Source of the DNA: Eledone cirrhosa
Lineage: Eukaryota
Assembly (NCBI GenBank): GCA_964016885.1
Contig: OZ024742.1
Coordinates: forward strand, 30,876,001 to 30,940,000
DNA: 64,000 bases
Reading direction: 5' to 3'
Shown here: in pieces, positions 39,261 through 52,093 of the stretch
How the letters are laid out: each line of letters starts with the position of its first letter
Position numbering within the stretch: position 1 is the first letter of the stretch
The notes under the pieces: model-generated
The model's database searches: none
Told to the model about the DNA's origin: nothing
Seen by the model: only the letters and a program-made list of their open reading frames with translations
Position numbers and translations under genes: made by a program

Positions 39261-39329
39261 TGCAATCATGCATCTCCAAAACAGACATGACATTAAAAAA
39301 TAAATATAGCAAAAGAGATAGAGAGATAG

Positions 39330-39372
<43 letters not shown>

Positions 39373-39719
39373 GAGGGGGAGAGAGAGAGAGATGTAGGAA
39401 TATATTATATTCTGCTTTGTTGGATACCTATTGTATATCTAACCTAGTTTATTTCTAAATGAAATGGAACAAATGCATCATTTAAATCTTAAAGTCCTGT
39501 ACCACAAAGAACCACATTACGGCCATGACTGAAATAGGGTTTTATTGTGTTAACTATTAATGTCCTGTACTACATGGAACCACATTACAGACCAAGATGG
39601 GTGGGGGTGGGGGAAGCTATATACATATATAGTTAGATATGGGGGGAAGGTGTATATATATATATATATATATGTGGGGGCAAGTGAAGACCTAGATATA
39701 TATATATATATATAGGTGT

Positions 39720-39759
<40 letters not shown>

Positions 39760-40005
39760 TATATATATGGGGGAGATGAAAACCTAGATAATAGGGATGT
39801 GTATGTATATATATATAGGGGTGTGTATATATGTATCCGCTCAGTGACATTATATGAACTTTGAAGCAGAAATTCCAGGTCAGTTTTAGACCTACAGCAA
39901 ATCAGATTAGTTACTTAAAATTTAATGTTCCCAAAGGTTGCAGGAAAAAAATATATTGCATAATATCATATTATACTATATTATATGATACAATATTAAT
40001 ACAAG

Positions 40006-43000
40006 AGCGGTGGATTGGCAGTATCGTAGAGCAGCAGACTCCATGCTTTGCAGCACAGAGTTATGGCCCTTTACGTTCCGAGTTCAAATCCTGCTGAGGT
40101 TAACTTTGCCTTTCATCCTTACAGGGTCGATAAAATAAAGTACCAGTAATGCACTGGGGTAACTGCTGGCCTTGTGCCCAAAGTAGAAACAATTATATTA
40201 TATAATACAATATACCATATTATATCATATTATATTTCCCGCCAAGGTTAACTTTGTCTTTCATCCTTACAGGGTCGATAAAATAAAGTACCAGTAATAC
40301 ACTGAGATAATTGCTGGCCTTGTGCCAAAAGTAGAAACTAATTATATTATGATCCAGTATCGGTAGAGGGTCGGACGCCATGCTTTGCAGCAAAGAGTTA
40401 CGGCCCTTTATGGTCTGAGTTCAAATCCCGCCAAGGTTAACTTTGCCGTTCATCCTTACGGAGTCGATAAAATAAAATACCAGTAATGCACTGGGATAAT
40501 TGCTGGCCTTGTGCCAAAAAGTAGAAACAATTATATTATGATTGACAAATTCCAGTGGTGATGTCAATGTGTATACCACCATCATCATCGTTTTTATGTC
40601 CATTTTTCTATATTGGCATGGGCTGGACATGACTCTACGAAGTAATGTTTTACAGCCAGGTTCCCTTCCTGACACTAACTCTTTTAGTCATTTCTTAAGA
40701 CGTAAATTGATATGGTGTACCTATTTTAAACCTGATTTTGCAACTTTACCCACTTTTAGATATTTTCTGCTAAATCATTACAGGATGATAGGAGTTAATA
40801 CTGCAAATTTTCACAGTGATCTGTTCACTAGTAAAGATACTAGAAACATTTGAATTAACAAACCCATTTTTAGATATTTTCTGCTAAATCATTAGACAGG
40901 GTTTCCCTAATTTTTTCAAATGCAGAACCCTTTTTAGTTCAGAAACTTTTGGGGGAACCCCAAAGTTTAATACTGTTATATGGTCATAATATAAATATAC
41001 TCCTCTACCTTTTTTCACAGAATCCCAGACACTCCTTTGCAGAACCCACTTTAGGAACCACACACAACCTTATAGGATGTTAAAAGTTAAAATACCATGA
41101 ATAATAATTGAAATAAAATATTCCAGCCACTTATTTAGTGATAATACATAACTGATAAGTAGACTTTGATAACAAAATACTATAAATAAGAGATAGTAAT
41201 TAAACAAATAATATATTTAAGTTGTTTATTAAATGACAATACATGACTGACTTGTGCATTATGATAACATTATTTAGCTAACAGAATTACATGTATGTGC
41301 AAATAATCACGTTATATTCAATATTTAACACTTTAGCATTTACATTATTCTATATTTACTATTGTATTTTCACAGTAAAAGCTTTACCTTATATAATTAT
41401 CTCACATTATATTGAATATTAACCGAGGTTAACTTTGCCTTTCATCCTTACGGGGGTCGATAAAATAAAGTACCAGTAATGTACTGGGTAATTGCTGGCC
41501 TTGTGCCAAAAGTAGAAACAATTATATTGAATCTAAGAGATTTTGATGTTAGTTATTTTGAGAACAATATCTTAATGTAGGTATGAGCAGCCAGTTACAG
41601 CCGGTTTGAACAGAAAGAGGTGAGAGAGTTCTGGCCAGATATAGCTGATTTAAATGCTAAAGGATTAAAATAAAATAATTGTTTCTACTTTTGGCACCAA
41701 GCCAGCAATTTGAAGGGCACCAGTGTGTTACTGGTATTTATTTTACCAACCCCACAAAGAGGAAAGGCAAAGCTAATCTTGGCAGGATTTGAACTCAGAA
41801 TAATTGGTTCTACTATTGGCACAAGACCAACAATTTCAGGGAAGGGGAAAGTCGATTAAATCAACCCAGTGTGTTACTGGTACGTTATTTTATCGACCCC
41901 ATAAAGATGAATGGCAAAGCTAACCTTGGCGGGATTTGAACTCAGCACATAAAGGACCATATCTAAATACCACAAAGCATGTTGTCTGATGCTCTACCGA
42001 TTCTGCTAACCCACTGCCCTTATTTAAATAGAATAATGGTTTCTGATTTAGGCACAAAGCCAACAATTTTTAGGGGAGGGGAAGTCGATTAACTCGACCT
42101 CATTGCATTACTGGTACTTTATTTTATCAACCCCCCTCCCATCATAAGGATAAAAGGAAAAGGTAACCTCAGCAGGATTTGAAATTAAAATTTAAAGAGC
42201 CGCAACTCCATGCCACAAAGCACGTCTGATGTTCTACCGATTCTGCCAATCAGTTGCCCTTATTTTAAATAAAATAATTGTTTCTACTTTTGGCACAAGG
42301 CCAGCAATTACCCAGTACATTACTGGTACTTTATTTTATCGACCCCGTAAGGATGAAATACAAAGTTAACCTCGGCGGGATTTGAACTCAGAATGGCAAG
42401 GGCGTAACTCTATGCGTCAAAGCATGGCGTCCGACCCTCTACCGATACTGCCAATTTACTGCCCTTTAAATAAAATAATTGTTTCTACTTTTGGCACAAG
42501 GCCAGCAAATACCCAGTACATTACTGGTACTTTATTTTATCGACCCCGTAAGGATGAAAGGCAAAGTTAACCTTGGCGGGATTTGAACTCAGACCATAAA
42601 GGGTTGTAACTCTTTGCTGCAAAGCATGGCGTCCGAGCCTCTACCTTTAAATAAAATAATAACTATAATGGGATAACTATATTTCAAATTTTGCCATTGC
42701 TTTTTAAGTCAACTGGCTGTTTACACTCCCAGTTACGGGCTTAAAATCTTCTAAGCCTTGCATCTTAGAGATTGGGGTTCAATTCATTACCAGTGCATCT
42801 GTCCCCCTTTTTTTTCATCTCCAAGATTAATTTGCTCGATTTTCTCAACTATTATTTATAATGACTGACTATTATTATGGTCATTTGCGTTGAGACGAAT
42901 ACATCTCAAATTAAAAGCAGTCATTTGAAGAAGTTTGTCAGTGACCTTTTAAATAAAGTTGTTAGTGGTTTATATCAAGGGACCACTTTTAAATTGTAGG

Positions 43001-44060
43001 GTAAGGGAATATAATAGATTACATGTCATCCAGTATATTATCGATGTCAACTTTGCCTTTCATCCATTGAAGTTCGATAAAAAAAAGTACCAGCCATGTA
43101 TTGGTCTCCGCCGGGTTTTAAAACGACCAAGAAACGTCGTATGTCAATAAGGCGTTTCTACAACTCTGTCAAGAGTTACAGGACCATACCAGACCATACA
43201 TATTACTGGTACTTATGTTATCGACTTTAGAGGAAGGAAAGGGGAACGAAAAGCAATGTCAGCCTTGGTGGAATTCCTACTCAGAATGTAGGGAGACGGA
43301 GCTAGTTATTAGAAAATATTTCGTAACGAAAAACAATAAAAATATTTATTAAAAAACAAATAAAAAAATCTATAGAATATAAGAGAGATAACTCTAAAAA
43401 GAGTTAGGTTAGTTCCCTTTATTATTTTTCTTTTTCAGTGAAAAGAACTGAAAAGAAATGAACTAAACCGTACGGGATTTGTATTCAGACCATAAAGAGC
43501 ATAGAATTACAGCCCTTTACGGTCTGAGTTCAAATCCCGCCGAAGTTTACTTTGCCTTTCATGCTTACGGGGTCGATAAAATAAAGCACCAGTAATGTAC
43601 TGGGGTAATTGCTGGCTTTGTGCCAAAAGATGAAACAATTATTTTGTTGTTGCTTGGCAGAATCGGTAGAGCGTCGGACAACATGCTTAGCGACATAGAG
43701 TTATGACCCTTTACGTTCTGAGTTCAAATCCCACCGAGGTTAGGTTTACCTTTCATCTTTACAGGGTCGATAAAATAAAGTACCAGTAACACACTGGGGT
43801 AGATTTAATCGATTTTCCTCTCCTGCCAAATTGCTGAACTTGTACCTAAAGTAGAAACAATTATTATTGTTAGGTGGATTGGCAGTATCGGTAGAGGGTC
43901 GGACGCCATGCTTTGACGCACAGTTACGTCCCTTTACGCACTGAGTTCAAATCCTGCCGAGGTTAACTTTGCCTTTCATCCTTACGGGGTCGATAAAATA
44001 AAGTACCAGTAATACACTGGAATAATTGCTGGTTTTGTGCCAAACAGTAGAAACATTTAT
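40006..44060. mobile_element. Dense cluster of about 12 MetaSINE-like tRNA SINEs in +/-/+ blocks (40006-40535 +, 41677-42645 -, 43505-44060 +)
   Basis: Repeated near-identical head, core and tail motifs in both orientations. Confidence 0.9.
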
Positions 44061-44354
44061 TGTTATTATCAGTGTTATTGTTGTTGTTGTTGTTAACATT
44101 GAAATTTCGCCACAAACTGGATCCCGTAATCTGTTAATATCATATTCCTGCCCCCCCCCCCCCGCCCCTCTTGGCAAGAGACTTTTTTTAATGGCAAATA
44201 AACATTTTAAAAACTATCACAGTGAGAGGAAGAAAGTCAGCGCCCCTGAGTCTTCTTAGGGCCTCTAAGAATGGGGGGAAGGAAGGAAAGAAGGAAGTTG
44301 TGTAAGGACAAGAGATGTGACATGAATAAACTTCATAAAAGGCATCCAAGGGAC

Positions 44355-44825
44355 GGTGGGGGTAGGAGTGTGTTAAACAGAGGGACAGTTTAAGTCTACT
44401 GCCCCAGGAAAGAGGGTAGGAGTGTGTTAAACAGAATGACAGATTAAGTCTACTGTCCCAGGGGAGGGGGTAGGTGTGTGTTAAACAGGGGGACAGATTA
44501 AGTCTACTGCCCCGGGGGTGGGTAGGAGTGTGTTAAACAGGGTGACAGATTAAGTCTATTGTCCAAGTATATTGGGACTAAAATATATCTTGAGTATATT
44601 GGGATTAATATATATTTAGGTATATTGAAACTAAGATATATCTTAAGTACACTGAGACTAAGATATATCTTAGGTAAATTGGTATTAAAATATATCTTAA
44701 GTAATATATCTTAAGTATATTGGGACTAAGATATATCTTAAATATATTGGGATTAATATATATTCAGGTATATTGAGATTTAGATATATCTTAAGTATAC
44801 TGAGACTAAGATATATCTTAGGTAT
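44355..44825. repeat. Two adjacent minisatellites (~60-bp and ~28-bp units)
   Basis: gggtaggagtgtgttaaacag...ttaagtctactg occurs four times, followed by gtatattgggactaagatatatcttaa units. Confidence 0.85.
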
Positions 44826-45750
44826 ATGCCTAATTAGTTGACCAACTTCTGAATATCATGTTTGATCTAGATTAGATGTCAAAGTTCAACAATTCCATTA
44901 AAACAGATAAAATTACTCTCCAAAGTGAAGTTCTGATAAAACATCTCCAGTTGTGTAACTAATCTATTTTGACCTTGACTTATTTCATTATACAGAAGGA
45001 GTTTTACAGTCAAAGGATCTGTTTAGTATTCTGCAATGCCCAGTAAGGGCTGAGATAGGTATTGCAGTCTGAATCTTAATCTTGAGAACAGATTCAGACA
45101 AGAAAATATTTTTCTTCTGATGTTAATCAGAGAAAGATAAGCAATGTCGCTAAGTGATATTTTTTTTATCTTTGCCAGACTGGGGCCATGGTGAACAGGG
45201 AGAGAAGCTGGGAGTTAGTGTAACTGATGATTAATGAAAACAGGGTCTCTCAGAAAGATTTCATTTATCACATATTATTTTACTCAATACCAACAAATAT
45301 AGATTTTTTAACTGTGCCAAAGACATGACAACCTCCCTAATATTGATGTCATGAACATTTATCATAAATCCTTTTTATCAAGACTCCAGCACTACCACTA
45401 TACACCTCTCTGTATGTTATCATGGCACCAGCACTACCACATTACAGAGTCGACTTGGTGTATTTTATCATGGCACTAGCACTACCACCTTACAGCATGG
45501 ACTGGGCACTTTTCATTGTGGTACCAACACTACCACTTTGAACTGATGAATAATATTCTAAAATATATATTTATATCAACAAACATTGTATGTGAAGATT
45601 AAACTTTTAAACTTATGAAGCACTGAGAGAATAAAGTTTATAGAAGATGTAATATGCTCAGGTGCAGAAAATTACTGTAACCACAGTTTGATGCTGTAAA
45701 ATAGCTTATAAGATAGGATAAATACCTTTAGAGACGAAAAGAGAAGTTAC

Positions 45751-45826
45751 AGTGGTTGCTACGAGGGATCGAACCTTGTATCTTTCAGTTACCAGCTGAG
45801 TATTTTAGCCATTGAGCTAAGGGATC
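45751..45826 (-). pseudogene. tRNA-like relic (SINE head or tRNA pseudogene) inside a ~300-bp tandem duplication
   Basis: tagctcaatggcta A box, tcag-ctggtaa-ctga anticodon arm and ggttcgatccc B box. The acceptor stem is poor. Confidence 0.5.
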
Positions 45827-46129
45827 CCAGACATCTTACTGTCTAAATTAAGGAGCTGAATGCAACACCTTTTTGAAAATATCAACAAATATCATATGCA
45901 AAGATCAAACTTTTAAACTTACAAAGCACTGAGAGGATAAAGTTTATTATTGTAGGATGCTCATGCACTTATAGTATGTGAGGAAATAGCTTATAAAATA
46001 GGGTAAATACCCATTAGAGATAGAAAAAAAGTTGACAGCAGCTACTATGAGGGATTGAACCTCAGACACATTCTGGACTAAATAGACTGACCAATATCGA
46101 AGTCCTTGACCACAGCCAGGTACCCAGCA

Positions 46130-46570
46130 TATTCCCGCTGTTTCAACAGTGCCATCTGCACAGGCTGGGTCACGTTCATCCTCTGCTGGATAAGATTTCA
46201 AAAGACCTACTGTATGAGGAACTGACCACTGGCATGGGTGCACAAAGACAACCTCATTTTTGTTTCAAATCTATCAGCAAGAAAGATATGAATTCCAAAG
46301 ACATGGACATCCAGATATAAGAAGAGGCCACAAATGATTGCCCATTCTGGAGATGAATATTATGTAGGAGGAGGAGAAACTGAAGCTTGCTACGGAAGAA
46401 GATGTGCTTGAAGGAAGGACAATAACACAGTAGCACTGGAGGAGGAGTGTCTTAAATGCTGTCACAGCATTCAAGACTGTCACTCCTGTGTGGACCTGTA
46501 CAACTAAAGCATACGTTGCACCACCATCAGCAGGTGGATAAAAATTCTCCAGGTGCAGATCCAAGGTCAC
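46130..46570 (+). mobile_element. Degenerate RTE/BovB-like 3' fragment
   Basis: Remnants of LGHVH...KDLLYEEL...RQPHFCFK. Confidence 0.6.
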
Positions 46571-46591
46571 TTTTGACTGATGAATGCATAA

Positions 46592-46641
<50 letters not shown>

Positions 46642-46705
46642 GTTTAAATTTGCAGAAATAAATAATTGTATGAATTCAACCTGTCCGGCCTTCTGTCATT
46701 TTACT

Positions 46706-46778
<73 letters not shown>

Positions 46779-46782
<4 letters not shown>

Positions 46783-47510
46783 GAAAGACGTAAAATAAGA
46801 AAATTATAAAAATTAACTTACTTACTAAAATTTCACTCCAACTAATTAGTTTCTGAAAGGGAATAAACATGGTTTCCGAAGAAACGCACAGAGAAATCCT
46901 TTCGTCATCAGGGAAGTCTATTCTCAGCTAAGTTTCCAGGCAATGCGTGGACACAGGGAACTTATACAAAAATAATTCAGTGGATGGAAAAAAGCAAAGC
47001 GTGGACTAAGTTCCAAGACATTGAAAAAATCACTGCCTACTCGGTCGGTGGCAAATTCAAAAGAATCAATCACGTGATGTCGAGGTTAATCAGTGAGGAG
47101 TGGTTTGTTAAGAAGACAGCAGCCGAACCATTACTATGAACTATAGTAGCAGTTTTGGCAAATTTTTGCTCAACAAAATAATTTGGAGATAATTATAAAG
47201 AATTAGTATATCTACTAACATATATATACAAATGCATACCTATGCTAGCAAATATATAGGTTTTGTCTTAGTAACTTTGTGGTTCAATGCAAGGGGATGC
47301 AGAACAATAATATGTTTATTCCCTTTCAGAAACTAATTAGTTGGAGTGAAATTTTAGTAAGTAAGTTAATTTTTATAATTTTCTTATTTTACGTCTTTCA
47401 TATTATTGTTCTGCATCCCCTTGCATTGAACCACAAAGTTACTAAGACAAAACCTATATATTTGCTAGCATAGGTATGCATCTGTATATATATGTTAGTA
47501 GATATACTAA

Positions 47511-47520
<10 letters not shown>
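46779..47520. mobile_element. Penelope-like terminal repeat remnant with interleaved inverted repeats and a hammerhead motif
   Basis: 46779-46870 is the reverse complement of 47312-47403, and 47192-47313 of 47399-47520. It is flanked by (TA)n. Confidence 0.75.
46836..46915 (-). ncRNA. Type I hammerhead ribozyme motif
   Basis: ttcc-CTGATGA-c-gaaagg...cctttc-a-GAAA-CTAATTAG-T-T-ggag, with a palindromic stem III. Confidence 0.65.
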
Positions 47521-47569
<49 letters not shown>

Positions 47570-48231
47570 TAACAGATTAAAGTTTAAGCAAAGAATCGCT
47601 GCTTTCACCCTTAACGGTTCTTATATATTTAATATATATTTATCCTTATCGAGCCCTCTTTGGATTTTAGTCTTCAAATTTATTATTATTACTATATATA
47701 TATATATATATATATACTATAAATTATGTCCATAGAATCATTTGATAAGATATATACACCATTTCCTCTCCCAATTAGCATAATCAACCACACAAAAAAA
47801 AAACCCAATTAAACCAGGCTATAAGATTTAAAAGGCACCTATGAAGAAACAATAGATAGATAAATGACAGCCATCTATTCGCGATCAACAGTTATAGAAT
47901 ATTCACCCAGCATTTCAATAGCACGTGGAAATCGATTAAATATATCGTCAACCATACACAATTAGGTATAAAATTAAAATATATATATAGTATACTATAA
48001 CATCTGCAACTTCACATTTTCTTCTTTATAAATATACAGTTTTTTTCTAGTGGGGAGTCATAACAAATTAATATCCAATTCTGAATCCAATCCCTAATAC
48101 GAATATACACATCAGCCAGTTAGATATTATTCTTAGTATAATGACTGTTGTCTAATTTTCTGGACTTCTAACTTTTAACTTTTCAAATTTTAAAATTCTT
48201 GGATCTTCGGGTTGTGAAGTCTTAAATGCTT

Positions 48232-51200
48232 ATAATAATAATAATAATAATGAAATTATTGTGTACAGTGCTCAAGTGCACTACAACTCGTCAAAGGTGC
48301 ATGTATAGTACATAGAATAATATACAAATGTCAGGGAAGTGAATAGTGTATGAGTCATGATATACATGTGTGCATGTGTATGGAGGGGGAATACTAGGTG
48401 TAGTGTTGGCGAATCTCAGGAAGCATGGAGGTTTTAAAGGATGCAGTGTCTCGACAGCTAACAACTGATGCAGGTAGTTTGTTCCATGCTTCAGCAACTC
48501 TGAGCGTGAAAAATGTTTCCAAAAGTCATGGGAGCTGTTCTGTTTTCTGACTGTGTGGGCATGCCCACGTGTGTTAGACACATGGAAATCAAAAAGGTAC
48601 TCAGGGTTGTTGTTGGCAAGATGGTTAATAATTTTGTGGGTGTTTACCAAGTCAGCTTCAATGTATCCATGCCCAGGGAAGCAAGGCGTTCAGAGATTGG
48701 TAGATGCCTGATGGAGGGTATTCGCTTGGTTGCACGTCTCTGAAATGTTTCCAGGCGGTCAAAGTTCTGAGCAAGATAGGGGTTCCAGACTGGTGATGCA
48801 AATTCTAAGTATGGCCGCACCATATCTATATACAGCTTTAAATAGATAGCTAGAGAGCGGCTGACAAAAGGTCTTGCTGAGTGATGCTAAGACACCCTCG
48901 GCCTTCTTGACAATTTTAGGGACGTGCTTCGTCCAACGCAAATCGCTGCTGACCATAATGCCCAGGTCACGTTCACGAGAAGACTTTTTGATATTAGTGT
49001 TGTGGAGGGAGTATGTGGATGCTGGGTTTTTACTCCCAAAATACATGGTCGTACACTTGTCCACAGCTAGCTTGAGTTGCCAGTCTGTGATCCATTGTTG
49101 CATTGTGTCCAGGTCAGATTGCAGGAAAGATCTATAGTGTTCAGGATCTGTCCTTTTTATCTCATGGTACGGCTTGATGTTATCTGCATATTTCAGTACT
49201 GTGGCATTCCTTAAGTTGGCATCTATTTCATTAATATATGCCACAAACAAAAGGGGGCCAAGAACAGATCCCTGTGGTACACCAGATGACATCTCATATG
49301 GTGAGGAATGCTGTCCCAGAACCGTGACTACCTTTGTTCGACTGAGAATGAAGGACTTCAACCAGTTAAAAAGATCATCCTTCACACACATTGCAGAGAG
49401 ATTTGCCATAAGTCTTTTGTGTGGCACAGAATTGAAAGCTTTAGCAAAGTCAAGGTAAACAACATCCACCCATGAGCTGCCATCAGTGATCCGGGTGATG
49501 CCTTCAAGAAACTCTATAAGTTGATCACAGCAGCTGAAGTTAGGGATAAATCCAAATTGTGAGGGCTGGAAGTTCCAAAGCGTTTCTCTGACACAGGATT
49601 CCATCAGTTTGGCAATGCAGCTGACTGGACGATAGTTCACAGGTGATGTGCGGTCACCCCTTTTGAACAGAGGAATGACACTGGCAGTTTTCCACTGTTC
49701 TGGAGTAGCACCGTTGTTCAGACAGAATTGGAAGAAGCGTGATAGCTGGTGCAGAAGGAAGTACCCACCACGTTTAAGAAGCAGGTACGTAACACCATCA
49801 AGACCAGGAGAGGCATGGTTGTGTTTATTTTTAAGGTGACGTCGCAGCATTGCAGGTGTAAATTCCATAGTTGTAATAGAATCCGATGTCAGAGGTGGTG
49901 GAGACGGTACACTCTGGTCTTCAATAGTGAAAAGGCCTACATAGCATTCAGCAATGAACTCTGCGCATTCCTTGGGGTCGTCAGTAACCTGGCTTGTGTG
50001 GGGATTGTGAAGAGGACCAACTGGAGAGTGAGGCCTCTGCTTTGAGTGAACCTACTTCCAGAACACCTTACTGTCAGGGCTGGCTGCTATGCGCTGCTCA
50101 AATGGAAGCACTGCCTTTTTTGTCACCTGTTTGAGGTGGTTGGACGATCTATTTCGCCTCTTCCTATTAATGTCTGATTTATGCAGTTTGTACTCATGTT
50201 CAGCATTACAACATTCTTTTCTGGCAAGACAGACTGCTGCAGTCTCCCAAATTGCACTTTTGGGATGTTTTTTCTGCTTACGTGATACCGATGCTGCACA
50301 TGCTTTCCATATTGAGCTCAGGATATTCTGGAGTACAGTGTTGACATCTCCAGAGTCGTAGAACTCAAGTCAGTTTGGACGTTGCAATTCGGTGCAGTAA
50401 CAGTTCCAGTCTGCTTTATTTCAGTCAAAGTGAGCAGTTTGGAGATGGTTGTGGTTCTTGTTATTGCCCATGAGGGATAGATTGGCAATGATCATAGCAT
50501 GATCAGAGTCACCTAAAGGTTTCTCAGTAGTAACACTAATATCCGTTTCAGGAGTAGTGGTGAAGAGTAGGTTCAAAGTGTTGTCACCTCTTGTTGGGGA
50601 AGTAACTACCTGGGACCAGTTCGAGTCCAGCACTAGCTCAAGGAAGTCATTTGCACTTGGTGTCCAATGAAAGGTTTCCTAGTCAATCTCAGGGTGATTG
50701 AAGTCCCCTGCAATAAAAACATAAGTGGCCGTTTTCCTGGCAGCAACTCTGAGGATATCACAAAGTTGAGTGTCCTGATGGTAAATTGGGGGACGGTAAA
50801 CGACTCCAAGTAGCAGTGTTGACATGGTCATATGTATATCGCAGAAAAATACTTCCTGCTGCGATTGGTTCAAATCAACACAAGGAATTGCCGAAAAATT
50901 TGACCGAACGTAGACCATTACACCACTACGATTAATGCGGTCTTTACGAAACAAGTTGTAGCCAGTTATGCTGAAAACCCCATCACAGAGTAAGGAATGT
51001 GCCCATGTTTCCATGACTGTAATGAAGTCAGGGTTGATACTTTTAAAGTAGGAGTCAAAAAGATGAATCTTATTGCATAAACTACATGCATTCAAGGACA
51101 ACAATTTGTACCTTGATTCCAGTCTATGATTATGTGCAGGGGATCGCAGGTTGTTCTGATTTAGTTTCCATAATAATGTATATTAACCATAGCATTAGGT

Positions 51201-51480
51201 AATATTCTCACTTTGGGGTTGATGGTTGGTATATTCTCTCGCCATAAATGGGTGTTGGGTATGCATTCATTGGAATTCTGCTGGACACCAAAGTTAGCAG
51301 TAAACAAATTTGCTTGAATCGAACTCCCACTGACCATATAGTGTTGTTGGCTGAGGTGGAGGGGGACTGGTAGCTAGAGAGAACAACTAAGGTTAGTAGT
51401 ATTCTGGGTGGTATTTGAGTGGTCAGCATCCACACCTCTGCATCTGCGCAGAGCTGTCAGGAGGTTCTGAAAGTTAGAAG
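48232..51480 (-). mobile_element. Long CR1-type LINE with a disrupted APE-RT ORF2
   Basis: APE motifs LSLNACSL, ETW, GVVYRPP, GDFNHP and SDH. RT motifs YLDFAKAF, GVPQGSVLGPLLF and YADN. RGH motif and a (TTA)n tail. Confidence 0.93.
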
Positions 51481-51806
51481 GGAGCAGACAATCAAAGCAA
51501 AAGCATACATTTTTTTAGTCTGATCTCTTCTACCTATAATTGCCTCAGAAATGTTACCTTTTACTCAATTTTGTTGTCTGAAGAAATCATGATATTTATT
51601 GACATTGAAATATGTATAACAGCTCAATTAATAAAGGACCCTAACATCTACAACTTCGCATTTTCCTCTTTATAAATATACTCCGTCATCCTTATTTTAA
51701 AGAAGTAACATGACATTGGGTGCTTGAAGTGAATTGCATCTTTGTATACCGAATGTATATATATATATATATATGTATATACATACACACACATATATAT
51801 ATATAA

Positions 51807-51928
<122 letters not shown>

Positions 51929-52093
51929 GTATATAGTATTAAGGATACTATTTATGGTTATGTATATATTAAAACCTTTTATAGTTATATATATTTTAAA
52001 CCCTAAATAGTGAAAGACAGTAATTTATTACTACCTTATTACCAGTAAGATAAATAGCTCAATGTAATAACATCAGTTGTTCTACAGAGCAGT

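Noticed and set aside
45751-45826. Functional tRNA gene
   Set aside because: The acceptor and D stems are disrupted, so it is kept only as a relic.
47995-51685. ~45-bp similarity (taacatct.caacttc.cattttc.tctttataaatatac) on both sides of the long CR1 as a TSD
   Set aside because: The copies lie 150-200 bp from the element ends and are diverged, so an older duplication is more likely.
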